Of a stretch of 64,000 bases of DNA, positions 46,649 to 56,775 are shown piece after piece. The stretch comes from Candidatus Caldarchaeales archaeon (GTDB taxonomy: Archaea > Thermoproteota > Nitrososphaeria_A > Caldarchaeales > Calditenuaceae). Below the pieces are notes generated by a model. It did not search any database, was not told the DNA's origin, and saw only the letters and a list, made by a program, of their open reading frames with translations. The first letter of the stretch is position 1; each line of letters begins with the position of its first letter. The DNA is taken from positions 32,001 to 96,000 of the forward strand of contig JBCNVM010000002.1 of assembly GCA_039630085.1 (NCBI GenBank), read 5' to 3'. Made by a program: the position numbers and the translations under genes.

Positions 46649-46733
46649 GCCTCCCTGACCAATCCGAGGACGGCCAAGCTACGAGTCGCCCGGTGTCATC
46701 AGTGGGCCTGGCGGTCTCGGGACCTCGACGGCC

Positions 46734-48509
46734 TCACTTGACGGTGACGCTCTTCGCGAGGTTCCTCGGTTTGTCGATCTCGGCGCCCCTCTCCAAGGCT
46801 AGGTAATAGGCGAGGAGCTGGAGCGGGAGGGCCTCGAGGAGGACCGTCGCGTACTTAGAACCCGTGCGAGGGAGCCTGAGGAAGTAGTCGTAGGACCTGT
46901 GGTGCTCGTCGGAGACCCCGATCACCTTCGCTCCCCTCGCCTTAACCTCCATGCAGTTGGAGAGGGTGTCGTGGTAGGTCTCGTCCTTGGGGTTGAGCAC
47001 GACGACCGGCGTGCCCTTCTCGATCAGGGCGAGGGTTCCGTGCTTCAGCTCGCCGGCCGCGAGGCCCTCCGCGTGGACGTAGGCGAGCTCCTTCACCTTC
47101 AGGGCCCCTTCGAGCGCCAGGGGGTAGTGTATGCCCCTTCCGATCACGTAGAGGTCCCTCGCGTCCCTGAGCTCCCTCGCGATCTCGGCGATCGACTGCT
47201 CCAGCTCCAGGACCTCCTCAACGGCCTCAGCGATGACCCTCGGGTCGAAGGGCATCGGCGATCCGGAGAGCCTCAGCGCGATCCTCAGCAGAGTCGCGAC
47301 CTGAGACGTGAAGCTCTTCGTCGCAGCGACTCCGACCTCCGGGCCAGCCGAGACGTTCAGGTGCAGGTCCGAGAGCCTCTCGAGGCTCGAGCCAGGCATG
47401 TTGACGATCCCGATGATCTTGGCGCCTCTCGACTTCGCGTCCCTGACGGCCTCCAGGACGTCCGCGGTCTCGCCGCTCTGGCTCACGGCCACGACCGCGC
47501 AGCCACCGTCGACCCACCTCGAGTGGAGCGAGTACTCGCTGGCAAGGACTGGGTGGACCTCGATCCCCGCCACCTCGGCGAAGATGTATCTCCCGACGAG
47601 GCAGGCGTGGTAGCTCGTCCCCGCCGCTACCAGAAGGACCCTCTTGGCGGACCTGATCGCTTCCGCGACCTCGTCGATTGGCCCGAGGTCGACGGTCAGG
47701 GACCTTAGGACGGTCCTCCGCTGGTCGTGGATCTCCTTCAGCGTGTGGTGGACGTAGCCCCGCTTCTCGATGTCGGCGATCTCGATCGCGACCTTAACGG
47801 GCTTCAGCTCGAGGGGTTCTCCGGAGATCAGCCAGGCCTCGACTCTGCCGGGCTCGATGACCGCGCAGGACTCGTTCTCGAGGAAGACCGCGTCGTCGGT
47901 GAACTCCAGGAAGCTCAGGACGTCGCTGGACGGGATGCAGGCGTCCCTCCTGTACCCGACGACGAGCGGTGGGCCGTGCCGGGCCGCGAGGATCCTGTTC
48001 CCCAGCTGAGCGGCTATCGCGATAAAGGCGAAGCTGCCCTGAAGCGACCTCACCACTCTCGTGAGGGCCTCCCTCGGGTCGGCGCCCGGCCTGCCAAGCT
48101 CCTCCTCCAGCAGGTGGGCGATCACCTCGGTGTCGGTCTCGCTGGCGAAGACGTGGCCCCTCGACTCGAGCTCAGACCTGAGGGCCTCGTGGTTCTCGAT
48201 GATCCCGTTGTGGACGACCGCGACCCTCCCGTCGCAGGAGAGGTGGGGGTGAGCGTTCCTGTCGGAGACGCCGCCGTGGGTCGCCCACCTCGTGTGCCCT
48301 ATGCCGACGCTCGACTTGGGCGCGTTGAGCCCGCCGATGGCTCCGATCAGCTCGTCGACGCTCCCGGCCCTCTTCGCGACCCACATTCGGTCTCCCTCCA
48401 GGAGGGCGACCCCGGCCGAGTCGTACCCCCTGTACTCGAGCCTCTTGAGGCCCCTGAGGACGACCTCAAGGGCGTCGCCCCTCCCGGTGAACCCGATGAT
48501 CCCGCACAA
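46734..48509 (-). CDS. glmS: Glutamine-fructose-6-phosphate transaminase
   Basis: MCGIIG, 'EYRGYDSAG', 'HTRWATHG', 'PRNLAKSVTV'. Confidence 0.97.
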   Translation of the reverse strand: MCGIIGFTGRGDALEVVLRGLKRLEYRGYDSAGVALLEGDRMWVAKRAGSVDELIGAIGGLNAPKSSVGIGHTRWATHGGVSDRNAHPHLSCDGRVAVVHNGIIENHEALRSELESRGHVFASETDTEVIAHLLEEELGRPGADPREALTRVVRSLQGSFAFIAIAAQLGNRILAARHGPPLVVGYRRDACIPSSDVLSFLEFTDDAVFLENESCAVIEPGRVEAWLISGEPLELKPVKVAIEIADIEKRGYVHHTLKEIHDQRRTVLRSLTVDLGPIDEVAEAIRSAKRVLLVAAGTSYHACLVGRYIFAEVAGIEVHPVLASEYSLHSRWVDGGCAVVAVSQSGETADVLEAVRDAKSRGAKIIGIVNMPGSSLERLSDLHLNVSAGPEVGVAATKSFTSQVATLLRIALRLSGSPMPFDPRVIAEAVEEVLELEQSIAEIARELRDARDLYVIGRGIHYPLALEGALKVKELAYVHAEGLAAGELKHGTLALIEKGTPVVVLNPKDETYHDTLSNCMEVKARGAKVIGVSDEHHRSYDYFLRLPRTGSKYATVLLEALPLQLLAYYLALERGAEIDKPRNLAKSVTVK

Positions 48510-48659
48510 GACTCGCTACCTGACCCTGTTCCGTCCCTCCCTCGATTTAAGCTGTGAGAACCTCCAACCTGCTCGAACCGGGGTTCTACCGTTAGAACAG
48601 CGCACGAACGCGAGACTGGCGCGGCTCACCTATATCACGGGCTCCAGACGAGGGGTGCT

Positions 48660-49580
48660 GTGGGCAGGGTCCTGGTGGCCTGCAGGCTCGACAGGGCCGG
48701 CGTCGAGATGATGAGGGAGGCTGGGCTGGAGGTAGTCTACAGGGAGGAGATAACCCAGGAGGAGTTCGACAGAACCTACGCCGACTACGACGCGGTGATC
48801 GTGAGGAGCAACGTCAGGGTCAGGCCGGTGAGGGGGAAGGGGAACTTGAGAGTGATCGTGAGGGCAGGGGTCGGGCTGGACAACGTCGACGTCGCAGGTT
48901 TCTCGGAGCTGGGAGTCAAGGTGCTCAACACCCCTGAGGCCGTCACGAGGGCGGTCGCCGAGCTTACGATCGGGCTGATGCTCTGCCTCGCGAGGGACAT
49001 CGTGAGGCTCGCCTCGGACCTGAAGGAAGGCAGGTGGTCGAAGGCGCAGGCACACGGCATCGAGCTCGCAGGGAAGACGGTCGGGATAGTCGGGTGCGGG
49101 AGGATAGGGAGGGAGGTCGCGAGGCTCGCTAGGGCGCTCGGGATGAAGGTCCTTGTGAACGACGTCATCGAGGTCCCGGGGTCTTTCCTCGAGGAGGTCG
49201 GGGCACGGCAGGTCGACCTCGAGACGCTCCTGAGGGAGTCGGACTTCGTGACCGTCCATGTCCCCCTCGACCCGAGCACCAAGGGCCTCATCGGCGAGAG
49301 GGAGCTGAGGTCGATGAAGCGGACGGCCTTCCTGGTCAACACCTCGAGGGGCGGAGTGATCGAGGAGGGGGCTCTGAGGAGGGCCCTCAGCGAAGGGTGG
49401 ATCGCAGGCGCCGCGCTGGACGTCTTCTCCAAAGAGCCTCCGGAGGACCTCGAGCTCCTCAGGCACCCTAGGCTGATACCCACCCCGCACGTCGGCGCGC
49501 AGACTTCGGAGGCCCAGAGGACCGCGGGGATCGAGGCAGCGAAGCTCGTGATCGCGGAGCTCGGTACGCGCCGGGCGTAG
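48660..49580 (+). CDS. D-2-hydroxyacid dehydrogenase (SerA-like, no ACT domain)
   Basis: 'RAGVGLDN', GCGRIG, 'NTSRG', 'TPHVGA'. Confidence 0.85.
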   Translation: MGRVLVACRLDRAGVEMMREAGLEVVYREEITQEEFDRTYADYDAVIVRSNVRVRPVRGKGNLRVIVRAGVGLDNVDVAGFSELGVKVLNTPEAVTRAVAELTIGLMLCLARDIVRLASDLKEGRWSKAQAHGIELAGKTVGIVGCGRIGREVARLARALGMKVLVNDVIEVPGSFLEEVGARQVDLETLLRESDFVTVHVPLDPSTKGLIGERELRSMKRTAFLVNTSRGGVIEEGALRRALSEGWIAGAALDVFSKEPPEDLELLRHPRLIPTPHVGAQTSEAQRTAGIEAAKLVIAELGTRRA

Positions 49581-49629
49581 CGGATACGCGGGCTAAAGGA
49601 CAATTATAGGGTGTAACCGACCGTGTGGT

Positions 49630-51054
49630 GTGAGGCGAGGGATAGGGTTAGCTCTGGTCGGGATGCTGGCGGTCGCGCTGGCGCTGAGCCTCAACCCCGC
49701 CGAGGCCTCGAACTTCATCAGCTCGGTCCACGACGACAGGCTCACCGTCACGCTCACCTATCCCGCGGAGGTGAAGAGGGGGACCTGCTTCCAGGTCAGG
49801 GTCGAGGCCTTCGCCCACGAGCCGCTCTCCAAACTGAACCTGACCGTGAGGCTCGAGCTGCGTTCCGGAGCGACCGTGATCGGCCTCCTGTCGGCGCCGG
49901 TCGTGACGCTCTGGTCGGGCTCTCCGGGTCCGGTGGTCAACACCCACGTGGGAGCCTGCGTGGCGACATCGCACCCGACCGGCGTCATAGTCTCGAAGGT
50001 CGAATTCGAGTACCTCCACTCCGGGAGCGAGTTCAACCTAACGAACCTCTTCCAGATGGCCTTCGTGAGGGACCGGACCTACGAGGAGCTGGCTGCTCTC
50101 CTGGGCTCCGCGACCTCGGAGGTGGATAGCCTCCGCAACGCCCTGAACGAGGCGATGAGGACGATAGGTTCGCTGACGGAGGAGGTGAGGAGGCTCAGGT
50201 CGGAGCTCGAGAGGAGCAGGGCAGAGGTGGCCGCGCTCCAGAGGGAGAAGTCGGAGCTGGAGAACAGGCTCAACGCCCTGAACGCCCTCTACGAGGGGCT
50301 CAGGAGGGAGTACGAGTCGCTCAGGATGAACCACGAGAGGCTCCTGAGGGATCACGCGGCGCTCCAAAACGCGGAGGCTTCTCTGAGGAGGTCCTACGAG
50401 GAGCTGGTGAAGGCCCACCGCGACCTCCAAGGGGACTTCGCAACCCTTCAGGAGGCCTACGCGAAGCTTCGGGAGGAGCACTCGACCCTGAGGGCGCTCC
50501 ACGAGGACCTGAGGACCAGGCACGAGAGGCTTGGTGCGGCCTACGAGGAGTCGGTGAGGACCGCGGGCTCCTTGAGGGGAGCCCTCGAGGAGAAGGCGAG
50601 GCAGGTCGACGTCCTAACGGCGATGCTCGAGGGGGCCCTCAGGGAGAGGGCGATCTTCAGCAACATCGTGATCGGACAGGCGCTTGGGCTCGGAGGACTG
50701 GGGGCCCTCTATTTGCTCGAGCGGAGGAGGGTCAAGAGGGGCGCGTCGGGACAGGCCTCTGCGACCGGCAACGGTGCTGCGACCCCCTTACCACCCGAGA
50801 ACGGGAACGGCAACGGCGACAGCGAGTCCTTGATCCAGAGGGTGATATCGGGGAGGAGGATCACGATACCGAAGCCAATAGCCGAGAGGCTGGGGATCAA
50901 GGTAGGCGACCTCGTCGAGCTCTCGCTCGCTAACGGCCACGTGTCCGTCAGGCCGATCTCCCAGGCCCCGCAGCTCAAGCAGCAGCCGGAGGCTGCAGAC
51001 CAGCAGCAACGGCAGTCCTCAGGCCATCAGCCCGAGGGCGCTAAGGGCAAGTAG
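49630..51054 (+). CDS. Exported coiled-coil membrane protein with C-terminal AbrB/SpoVT DNA-binding domain
   Basis: Signal peptide, beta-rich domain, long heptads, TM, 'GRRITIPKPIAERLGIKVGDLV'. Confidence 0.75.
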   Translation: MRRGIGLALVGMLAVALALSLNPAEASNFISSVHDDRLTVTLTYPAEVKRGTCFQVRVEAFAHEPLSKLNLTVRLELRSGATVIGLLSAPVVTLWSGSPGPVVNTHVGACVATSHPTGVIVSKVEFEYLHSGSEFNLTNLFQMAFVRDRTYEELAALLGSATSEVDSLRNALNEAMRTIGSLTEEVRRLRSELERSRAEVAALQREKSELENRLNALNALYEGLRREYESLRMNHERLLRDHAALQNAEASLRRSYEELVKAHRDLQGDFATLQEAYAKLREEHSTLRALHEDLRTRHERLGAAYEESVRTAGSLRGALEEKARQVDVLTAMLEGALRERAIFSNIVIGQALGLGGLGALYLLERRRVKRGASGQASATGNGAATPLPPENGNGNGDSESLIQRVISGRRITIPKPIAERLGIKVGDLVELSLANGHVSVRPISQAPQLKQQPEAADQQQRQSSGHQPEGAKGK

Positions 51055-51137
51055 GCGCTGAGGCCGCTGGGGCGACCGGACTCGGAAGCACGGGAGAAAA
51101 GACGGACCGGAGGTGAGGTGGACGCTGGGCGCTCGGG

Positions 51138-52082
51138 TCAGGCCTTCGTCTCGACGAGCAGCCGGTCGACCTCCTCTTGGGCCTGCCTGACCTTCTCGAC
51201 GCTCCTCTCGAGCTCCGCCCTCTCGTCCGGGTCGAGGTCGATCTCTATCACCCTCTTCACGCCCTCGCTCCCTAGGACCGCCGGCACGACCGAGCAGACG
51301 CCGCTGAAGCCGTACTCTCCCTGGAGGTAGTATGAGACCGGCACGACGAGGTCCCTGTCCCTGACGATCGCCTCGACCATCACGGCGGCCCCAGCTCCCG
51401 GCGCGTGGCTCGCGGACCAGCCCTTCAGCGAGATGACCTTCGCGCCCATCCCCCTCGTCTCCCTCACGATCTCCTCGACCTTCTCCCTGCTTAGGAGGTC
51501 GGTGAGCCTCCTCCCGCCCACTATGGTCTTCTTCGGGAGGAGGACCATGGAGTCGCCGTGCTCGCCGAGTATCGGGGCCTCGATCGAGTTCCAGGAGACG
51601 CCAAGGGCCTTCGAGATGAGGGTCTTGTACCTCCCGACGTCGAGGAGGCCGCTGAACCCCATCACCCTTCTCCTCTCGAAGCCCGTGTGCCTGAGGGCGA
51701 CGTAGGTCATGACGTCGAGCGGGTTCGTGACCACGATCACCTTCGACTTAGGCGCGTGCTCCCTGATCTTGAGCGAGACGTCCCTCACTATCCCCGAGTT
51801 CTTGGTGAGGAGGTCCATCCTGGTCATGTCGGCCTTCCTGATGAAGCCCGCGGTCACGACCACTACCTCCGAGCCCTCGATGTCCCTGTAGTCGTTGGTC
51901 CCGGTGTACTCGACGTCGAGCCCGAGGATCGCGGCCATGTGGTTCAGGTCGAGCGCCTCTCCCTGGGGCAAGCCCTGCACGATGTCGACCAGCACGACGT
52001 CTCCGAGGGACTTCAGCCCGATGTGGAGCGCAGCCGACGTCCCAACCCTGCCGCTGCCGATCACGGAGATCTTGGGCCTCAA
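51138..52082 (-). CDS. mdh: Malate dehydrogenase (LDH-like)
   Basis: GSGRVG, 'RK..M.R.DL', 'TNPLD', 'GEHGD'. Confidence 0.9.
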   Translation of the reverse strand: MRPKISVIGSGRVGTSAALHIGLKSLGDVVLVDIVQGLPQGEALDLNHMAAILGLDVEYTGTNDYRDIEGSEVVVVTAGFIRKADMTRMDLLTKNSGIVRDVSLKIREHAPKSKVIVVTNPLDVMTYVALRHTGFERRRVMGFSGLLDVGRYKTLISKALGVSWNSIEAPILGEHGDSMVLLPKKTIVGGRRLTDLLSREKVEEIVRETRGMGAKVISLKGWSASHAPGAGAAVMVEAIVRDRDLVVPVSYYLQGEYGFSGVCSVVPAVLGSEGVKRVIEIDLDPDERAELERSVEKVRQAQEEVDRLLVETKA

Positions 52083-52142
52083 GTGGCCTCGATACGTCCG
52101 CTGGCCCGCCGCTAGAAATATGTGAGCGGGGCAGGTGATGGG

Positions 52143-53477
52143 TCAGGCGGTCGGCCTCGTGAACCGGACCTCCCTGACCAGCAGGTAGGGAGCCCTTACC
52201 GGCGTCTCGACCTCCCACCACCTTATCGGGAACTTCTCCGATGAGACCTCCTCGATGTTCCTAAGGAGCCTGAGGAAGTTGTCCGAGAGCCTGAGGCCCT
52301 TCACCGCGTGCTCGATCGTCCCTCCCCTGACCAAGAAGAGCCCGTCCCTGGTGATCGTCGAGAAGTCGCCCCTGCTGATGTCCTGGTAGCGGAGGTACCA
52401 GTCGTTGGTCACGAGGATCCCCCTGTCGAGCTTCGAGAGCAGCCTGCTGAAGGGCGATGTCCCTCCCTCAACGACGAGGTTGAACGGCTGTGGCACGATC
52501 AGCCCCGCGTTCGCGGTCGATGAGGTCTCGAACTTCCTCGCGGTCGCGCTGTTGTGGAGGTAGCTCCTGAGGACGCCGCCGTCGATGATGACCGTCCTCC
52601 TGGTGGGGAGCCCCTCCTCGTCGAAGGGCTCGGCGCCGTAGGCGCCGGCGACCGTCGGGTCGTCGACCAGGGTGAGCGCCCTCGAAGAGACCTCCTTCCC
52701 GAGGAGCCCGGCGAGGAACGACATCCCGCTGTCGACGTAGAAGGCGGATGCGGCAGAACCGACCTCCTCGAGGAGGTTCGCGGCGGTCATCGGCCCTATC
52801 ACCGCGTCGTAGGCGCCCTCGGGAACCTCCCTCGGGTCCTTCGCGGCCTTCGCGACCTCTCCCGCCTCCCTACCCACCTGCTCGGGGTCGAACTCGGAGA
52901 GGTTCCCTGTTCCGGCCGCGAACTGGCCGCTCGACTCCCCGTCCAGGAACGCCCTGACCGAGAGCTCTATCGTGTCCTTTTGGGCCTCCGCCTCGACGCC
53001 ACCCGTCGTGACGAGGCTCCTGTGCGTCCTCGTGAGGACGAGTGAGCCCGCGACCCTGCTCGCACCGGCGCTCAGCGCCGCGTTCACCGCCGCCTCAACA
53101 GCGTCGACAAGCTTCTCCCTCCCGATCCCCTTCAGCCTCATGTCGAGCAGCCTCGGGTCGTAGGAGAAGGGGCCCGAGGGCAGAGGCGCGTACAGGTCCG
53201 AGGGCGGCGTGCTCTTCGCGAGCCTCAGCGCGTCCCTGACCAGCGCCTTGAGGCCGGAGGCGGTCACGTCGGTGGTTCCGGTCACGGCCCTCTGGGGCCC
53301 GAAGGCGACGTAGAGCGAGACGCTCTCCTCTTCGAACCTCTTCGAGACCGTTACCTCGTTGTTCGCGAACCTGATCATGTAGGTCGTCGTGGTGAAGGAC
53401 TCCACCGCGCAGTCGGTCGCGCCCTCGGCCTTGACGGCCTTGGTCAGGGCCTTCGCCCTCCTCGAGCTCAGGACCAA
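52143..53477 (-). CDS. TldD/PmbA family protein (PmbA-like)
   Basis: 'RFANN', 'FDEEG.PT', 'GDFS'; no HExxxH. Confidence 0.85.
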   Translation of the reverse strand: MVLSSRRAKALTKAVKAEGATDCAVESFTTTTYMIRFANNEVTVSKRFEEESVSLYVAFGPQRAVTGTTDVTASGLKALVRDALRLAKSTPPSDLYAPLPSGPFSYDPRLLDMRLKGIGREKLVDAVEAAVNAALSAGASRVAGSLVLTRTHRSLVTTGGVEAEAQKDTIELSVRAFLDGESSGQFAAGTGNLSEFDPEQVGREAGEVAKAAKDPREVPEGAYDAVIGPMTAANLLEEVGSAASAFYVDSGMSFLAGLLGKEVSSRALTLVDDPTVAGAYGAEPFDEEGLPTRRTVIIDGGVLRSYLHNSATARKFETSSTANAGLIVPQPFNLVVEGGTSPFSRLLSKLDRGILVTNDWYLRYQDISRGDFSTITRDGLFLVRGGTIEHAVKGLRLSDNFLRLLRNIEEVSSEKFPIRWWEVETPVRAPYLLVREVRFTRPTA

Positions 53478-53568
53478 AGCCCCTCGGCGGTCCTCGCCGG
53501 CAGGAGGTAAAAAGCTGATCGGGAAAGGACAGGTTCATAGGACCGGGAGGCCGGGTACGGGCAGGAGG

Positions 53569-55095
53569 TTGCTCTTCGCGGTCAGGTATCCGGTCGCGTC
53601 GAGGAAGGGCGTCTACGGCGAGAGGATGGAGGTCGTCGAGTCGAGGGAGGGAGCGCTCAGCGCCTGCTCCGGGGAGGGCACGAGGAGGGTCGTCGTGGAC
53701 GCTGCGACGCTCTCTGCCGACGTCAGGAGGTCCGCGTACGGAGAGGTGCTCGCGGCGAGGCTCCTGACGCCGTTCACCGCCGAGGGCGACCTGAGGGCGC
53801 TCCGGTCGCTGCTCAGGGCGTACGTCAGGAGGTCGGTCGAGGACTCGCTGGTCGACATCAGGAGGGACTACGGGAGGGCCGCTGAGGAGTTGTTGATCGA
53901 CCCGAGCCACTTCGTCCTCAGGAAGGTCAGGGGGCTCGTCGCGCTCTACCCGCCGCTCTGGAGGGTATTCTGGTGGGCCTCGAGGTCCTCGCAGGACAGG
54001 GAGCTGCTGAGGAGGGTCGCGGATAACTTCAGGCCCGTGCTCGACGAGCTGGTCGATGAGGGGAGGCTGGCCGCGGACGGGTCTACGGGGCTCTACAGGC
54101 TCGCCAGGGGGACCGGACGGGAGGAGGTCGGGGCGTCGATGGGAGCAGGCCTCGTGAGGCGGCTCGAGTCGCTCCTGATCCCCGGGAGGCTCGGCGCCGG
54201 TCTCCCGAGGCTCGTCTTCGAGGAGGCCCTCGAGGGCGGATGGGAGGCGATGGTGCCGCCGGACCCGGAGGAGGCCCTCTCGATCAGGACCGAGACCGGG
54301 CTGCAGCCGCTCTCCTTCGAGGGCGACGTCGCGGAGTTCGTCAGGAGGCTCTGCGGGGGCGGCGTCGACTCGGTCAGGGTCCGGAGGGCCGGATGGCTCT
54401 TCAACTCGACCTACCTCGTCGAGGTCGAGCAGGGAGGCGACGTGAGGAGGCTCTTCGTGAAGAGGTACCTCGCGATGACCGACGTCAAGTGGGTGGCCGC
54501 GAAGCTCTGGTCCTTCCCGCTCAGGAACTTCCACCTCTCGCCGGCGGCGAGGCTCAGCAACGAGCTCTTCTTCATCTCGTACCTGAGGGAGAGGGGACTG
54601 AAGACGCCGCACGTCTTCGGCGTGAGCTGGAGGAAGAGGGTCCTCCTAGAGGGCGCGATACAGGGGAGCTCGCTGAGGGAGCTGTGGACCTCCGAAGGCG
54701 TCGAGGCCGGTCTGCTCGAGGAGGTGACGGTCAGGTCCGGGGAAGCGGTCGCGAGGGCCCACTCGCTGGGCGTGACGCTCGGCGACTGCAAGCCCGACAA
54801 CGTGATGGTCGACAGGAGGGGTCAGGTCTGGCTGGTCGACCTCGAGCAGGCGTCCCTAGGGGGAGACAGGGCATGGGACGTGGCCGAGTTCGTCCTCTTC
54901 ACCGCGAGGTATCTGGACCTGAGGAGGAGCAGGGAGTTCGCGAGGCTCTTCGGCGAGGGTTACCTGCGACACGGCAACCCCAAGGACGTCGAGAGGGCCC
55001 TCGACCCGAAGTACGTCCTAGCGATGGTCCCGGTCTCGCCGGTCTGGACGCAGGTCGCGGCGCTCGAGGGCCTCAGGAGCGCCCTCCGCGCGTGA
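53569..55095 (+). CDS. Atypical kinase (RIO/Kdo-like C-terminal domain) with uncharacterised N-terminal half; start uncertain
   Basis: 'FVKRY', 'NE', 'LGDCKPDN', 'VDLEQA', 'AWDVAEF'. Confidence 0.65.
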   Translation: MLFAVRYPVASRKGVYGERMEVVESREGALSACSGEGTRRVVVDAATLSADVRRSAYGEVLAARLLTPFTAEGDLRALRSLLRAYVRRSVEDSLVDIRRDYGRAAEELLIDPSHFVLRKVRGLVALYPPLWRVFWWASRSSQDRELLRRVADNFRPVLDELVDEGRLAADGSTGLYRLARGTGREEVGASMGAGLVRRLESLLIPGRLGAGLPRLVFEEALEGGWEAMVPPDPEEALSIRTETGLQPLSFEGDVAEFVRRLCGGGVDSVRVRRAGWLFNSTYLVEVEQGGDVRRLFVKRYLAMTDVKWVAAKLWSFPLRNFHLSPAARLSNELFFISYLRERGLKTPHVFGVSWRKRVLLEGAIQGSSLRELWTSEGVEAGLLEEVTVRSGEAVARAHSLGVTLGDCKPDNVMVDRRGQVWLVDLEQASLGGDRAWDVAEFVLFTARYLDLRRSREFARLFGEGYLRHGNPKDVERALDPKYVLAMVPVSPVWTQVAALEGLRSALRA

Positions 55096-55184
55096 GTCGC
55101 CTGCCCCCCATGCCCCAGAGAGGTCGGACGCTTCTCGCCCGCTTCAACGGCTTTATCTATCAGCCCGGGATGGACTCGGCCGGA

Positions 55185-55352
55185 ATGGGGCTCAGGGACT
55201 TCGTCAGGTCGACGGTCGTCCTCTTCAGGGTCTCGAGGAAGCCCTCGAGGGAGGAGTACTTCGTCCTAGCGAGGATCGTCGCGATCGGCGTCGCGCTGCT
55301 CGGCCTGATCTCGATGGTCATAAGGTTCGTCTTCCTCGCGCTCCTAGGGTGA
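55185..55352 (+). CDS. secE: Protein translocase SecE/Sec61-gamma
   Basis: 'RKPSREEY' + TM; directly upstream of spt5. Confidence 0.88.
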   Translation: MGLRDFVRSTVVLFRVSRKPSREEYFVLARIVAIGVALLGLISMVIRFVFLALLG

Positions 55353-55795
55353 GGGACTTGGGCAAGCTCTACGCGGTCAGGACGACGGTCGGGCAGGAGA
55401 AGAACGTCGCTCAGCTGATCTGGGGAAGGATCGAGCCCGGGTCGAGGGACGTCCACGCGATCGTCACGCTCCCGAACCTGAAGGGGTTCGTCTTCGTCGA
55501 GGGCGCGGAGAGGGACAGGGTCGCGGTCCTGGTCAGGGAGCTGAGGCACGTCAAGTCCAGGGGGATAGTCCAGATATCACACGAAGAGGTCCTCAGGCAC
55601 ATGGTCGAGAGGCCGCTGATCGAGACGATTTCTGAGGGGATGACCGTTGAGGTGGTCGCGGGTCCCTTCAAGGGGTTCACTGGCAAGGTCACCAGAGTGG
55701 ACAGGATGAGGAAGGAGGTGATGCTCGAGCTCCTCGAGAGCAGCTACCCGTTCCCGATCTCAATACCCGTCAACCAGGTCAAGCCGGCCCAGTAG
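55349..55795 (+). CDS. spt5: Transcription elongation factor Spt5
   Basis: 'TTVGQE', 'KGFVFVE', KOW 'GPFKG'. Confidence 0.93.
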   Translation: MRDLGKLYAVRTTVGQEKNVAQLIWGRIEPGSRDVHAIVTLPNLKGFVFVEGAERDRVAVLVRELRHVKSRGIVQISHEEVLRHMVERPLIETISEGMTVEVVAGPFKGFTGKVTRVDRMRKEVMLELLESSYPFPISIPVNQVKPAQ

Positions 55796-55806
55796 GTAGG
55801 TCCGCG

Positions 55807-56295
55807 ATGGGCTTCAGGGATCTCCTCTTAGAGGTCCCCCTGAACGGCCGCAGGGTAGTCCAGTTCGGCTTCGCGGGCGTCGCGGCGGAGAGCGACGTCT
55901 TCAGGGCGATCGGGAGGGAGGGGGAGCTGCTGGTGCTGGTAAACAGCGAGAAGCTCAGGTCGAAGGCCGAGGCGTCCCTGCAGGGGACCGGGCTGAGGCA
56001 CAGGGTCGTCTACTCGCCGGTGATCGAGCACAACCCGGAGCTCGCGCCCTCGAGCTTCGACGCGGCCCTCTTCCTGAACGCGCTGGTCTCGGTGAGGGGG
56101 AAGAGGGAGCTGGTCAACGAGGCCTACAGGTTGCTGAAGGCTGGGTCGGGCGCCGTCGTCTACGAGTGCTACTGGCCGACGGCCTTCAGGCTCAGGAGGA
56201 CGCTGAGGAGTGTGCTGACGGAGAGGCCGGTCTTCCGGGTGAGGTCGATGAGCGTGGGACTGGACACCCTGACCGCGGTCCTCGAGAAGGCGTGA
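55807..56295 (+). CDS. Divergent class I SAM methyltransferase-like protein
   Basis: 'SSFDA', 'EAYRLLK.G'; motif I degenerate. Confidence 0.5.
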   Translation: MGFRDLLLEVPLNGRRVVQFGFAGVAAESDVFRAIGREGELLVLVNSEKLRSKAEASLQGTGLRHRVVYSPVIEHNPELAPSSFDAALFLNALVSVRGKRELVNEAYRLLKAGSGAVVYECYWPTAFRLRRTLRSVLTERPVFRVRSMSVGLDTLTAVLEKA

Positions 56296-56299
56296 GGCC

Positions 56300-56539
56300 T
56301 TGACGCAGCTCGAGCTCCTCCTGCTGGGTTTCGCGGTCCTATCGGCGGGGACCCTCCTGCTCCTCTTCGCGCTGGCCTTCTCAGCCCGGGCGCCACGGGA
56401 AGGGAGGTCCGAGGGTTTCGGCGTCGTGCTGATAGGCCCCGTGCCGATCGTCTTCAGGGGGAGGGCCGCGCACGTCCTGCTGATCGCGGCAGCCGCGTTC
56501 GTCCTGATCCTGCTGCTGATGTTGGGTGCGCTGGCTTGA
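56300..56539 (+). CDS. DUF131/TIGR00304 small membrane protein
   Basis: 'GVVLIGPVPIVF' motif. Confidence 0.75.
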   Translation: MTQLELLLLGFAVLSAGTLLLLFALAFSARAPREGRSEGFGVVLIGPVPIVFRGRAAHVLLIAAAAFVLILLLMLGALA

Positions 56540-56754
56540 GGCTCGTCGCGGTCGCGCTCCTCCTGATCGTCACAGGCATCGCGCTGATGGTCCTAGCGGC
56601 GGCGCAGCTCGGGGGCGCGGAGTTCAGGGGTTTCGGGTTCGTCCTGATCGGCCCGATACCGCTGTTCGTCTCCGACGGCCAGGCGGTGCTCCTGACGGCC
56701 CTGATAGCCTTGGCGGTCTTCGTCGCGGTCCTTCTGAAGGCGCTCGGGCGGTAG
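56536..56754 (+). CDS. DUF131/TIGR00304 small membrane protein (tandem paralog)
   Basis: 'GFVLIGPIPL' motif. Confidence 0.75.
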   Translation: MRLVAVALLLIVTGIALMVLAAAQLGGAEFRGFGFVLIGPIPLFVSDGQAVLLTALIALAVFVAVLLKALGR

Positions 56755-56775
56755 AAGTTTTTCGGGGAAGATAGG

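Noticed and set aside
46650-46733. TGATGA on the minus strand after glmS as a box C
   Set aside because: No box D at a suitable distance
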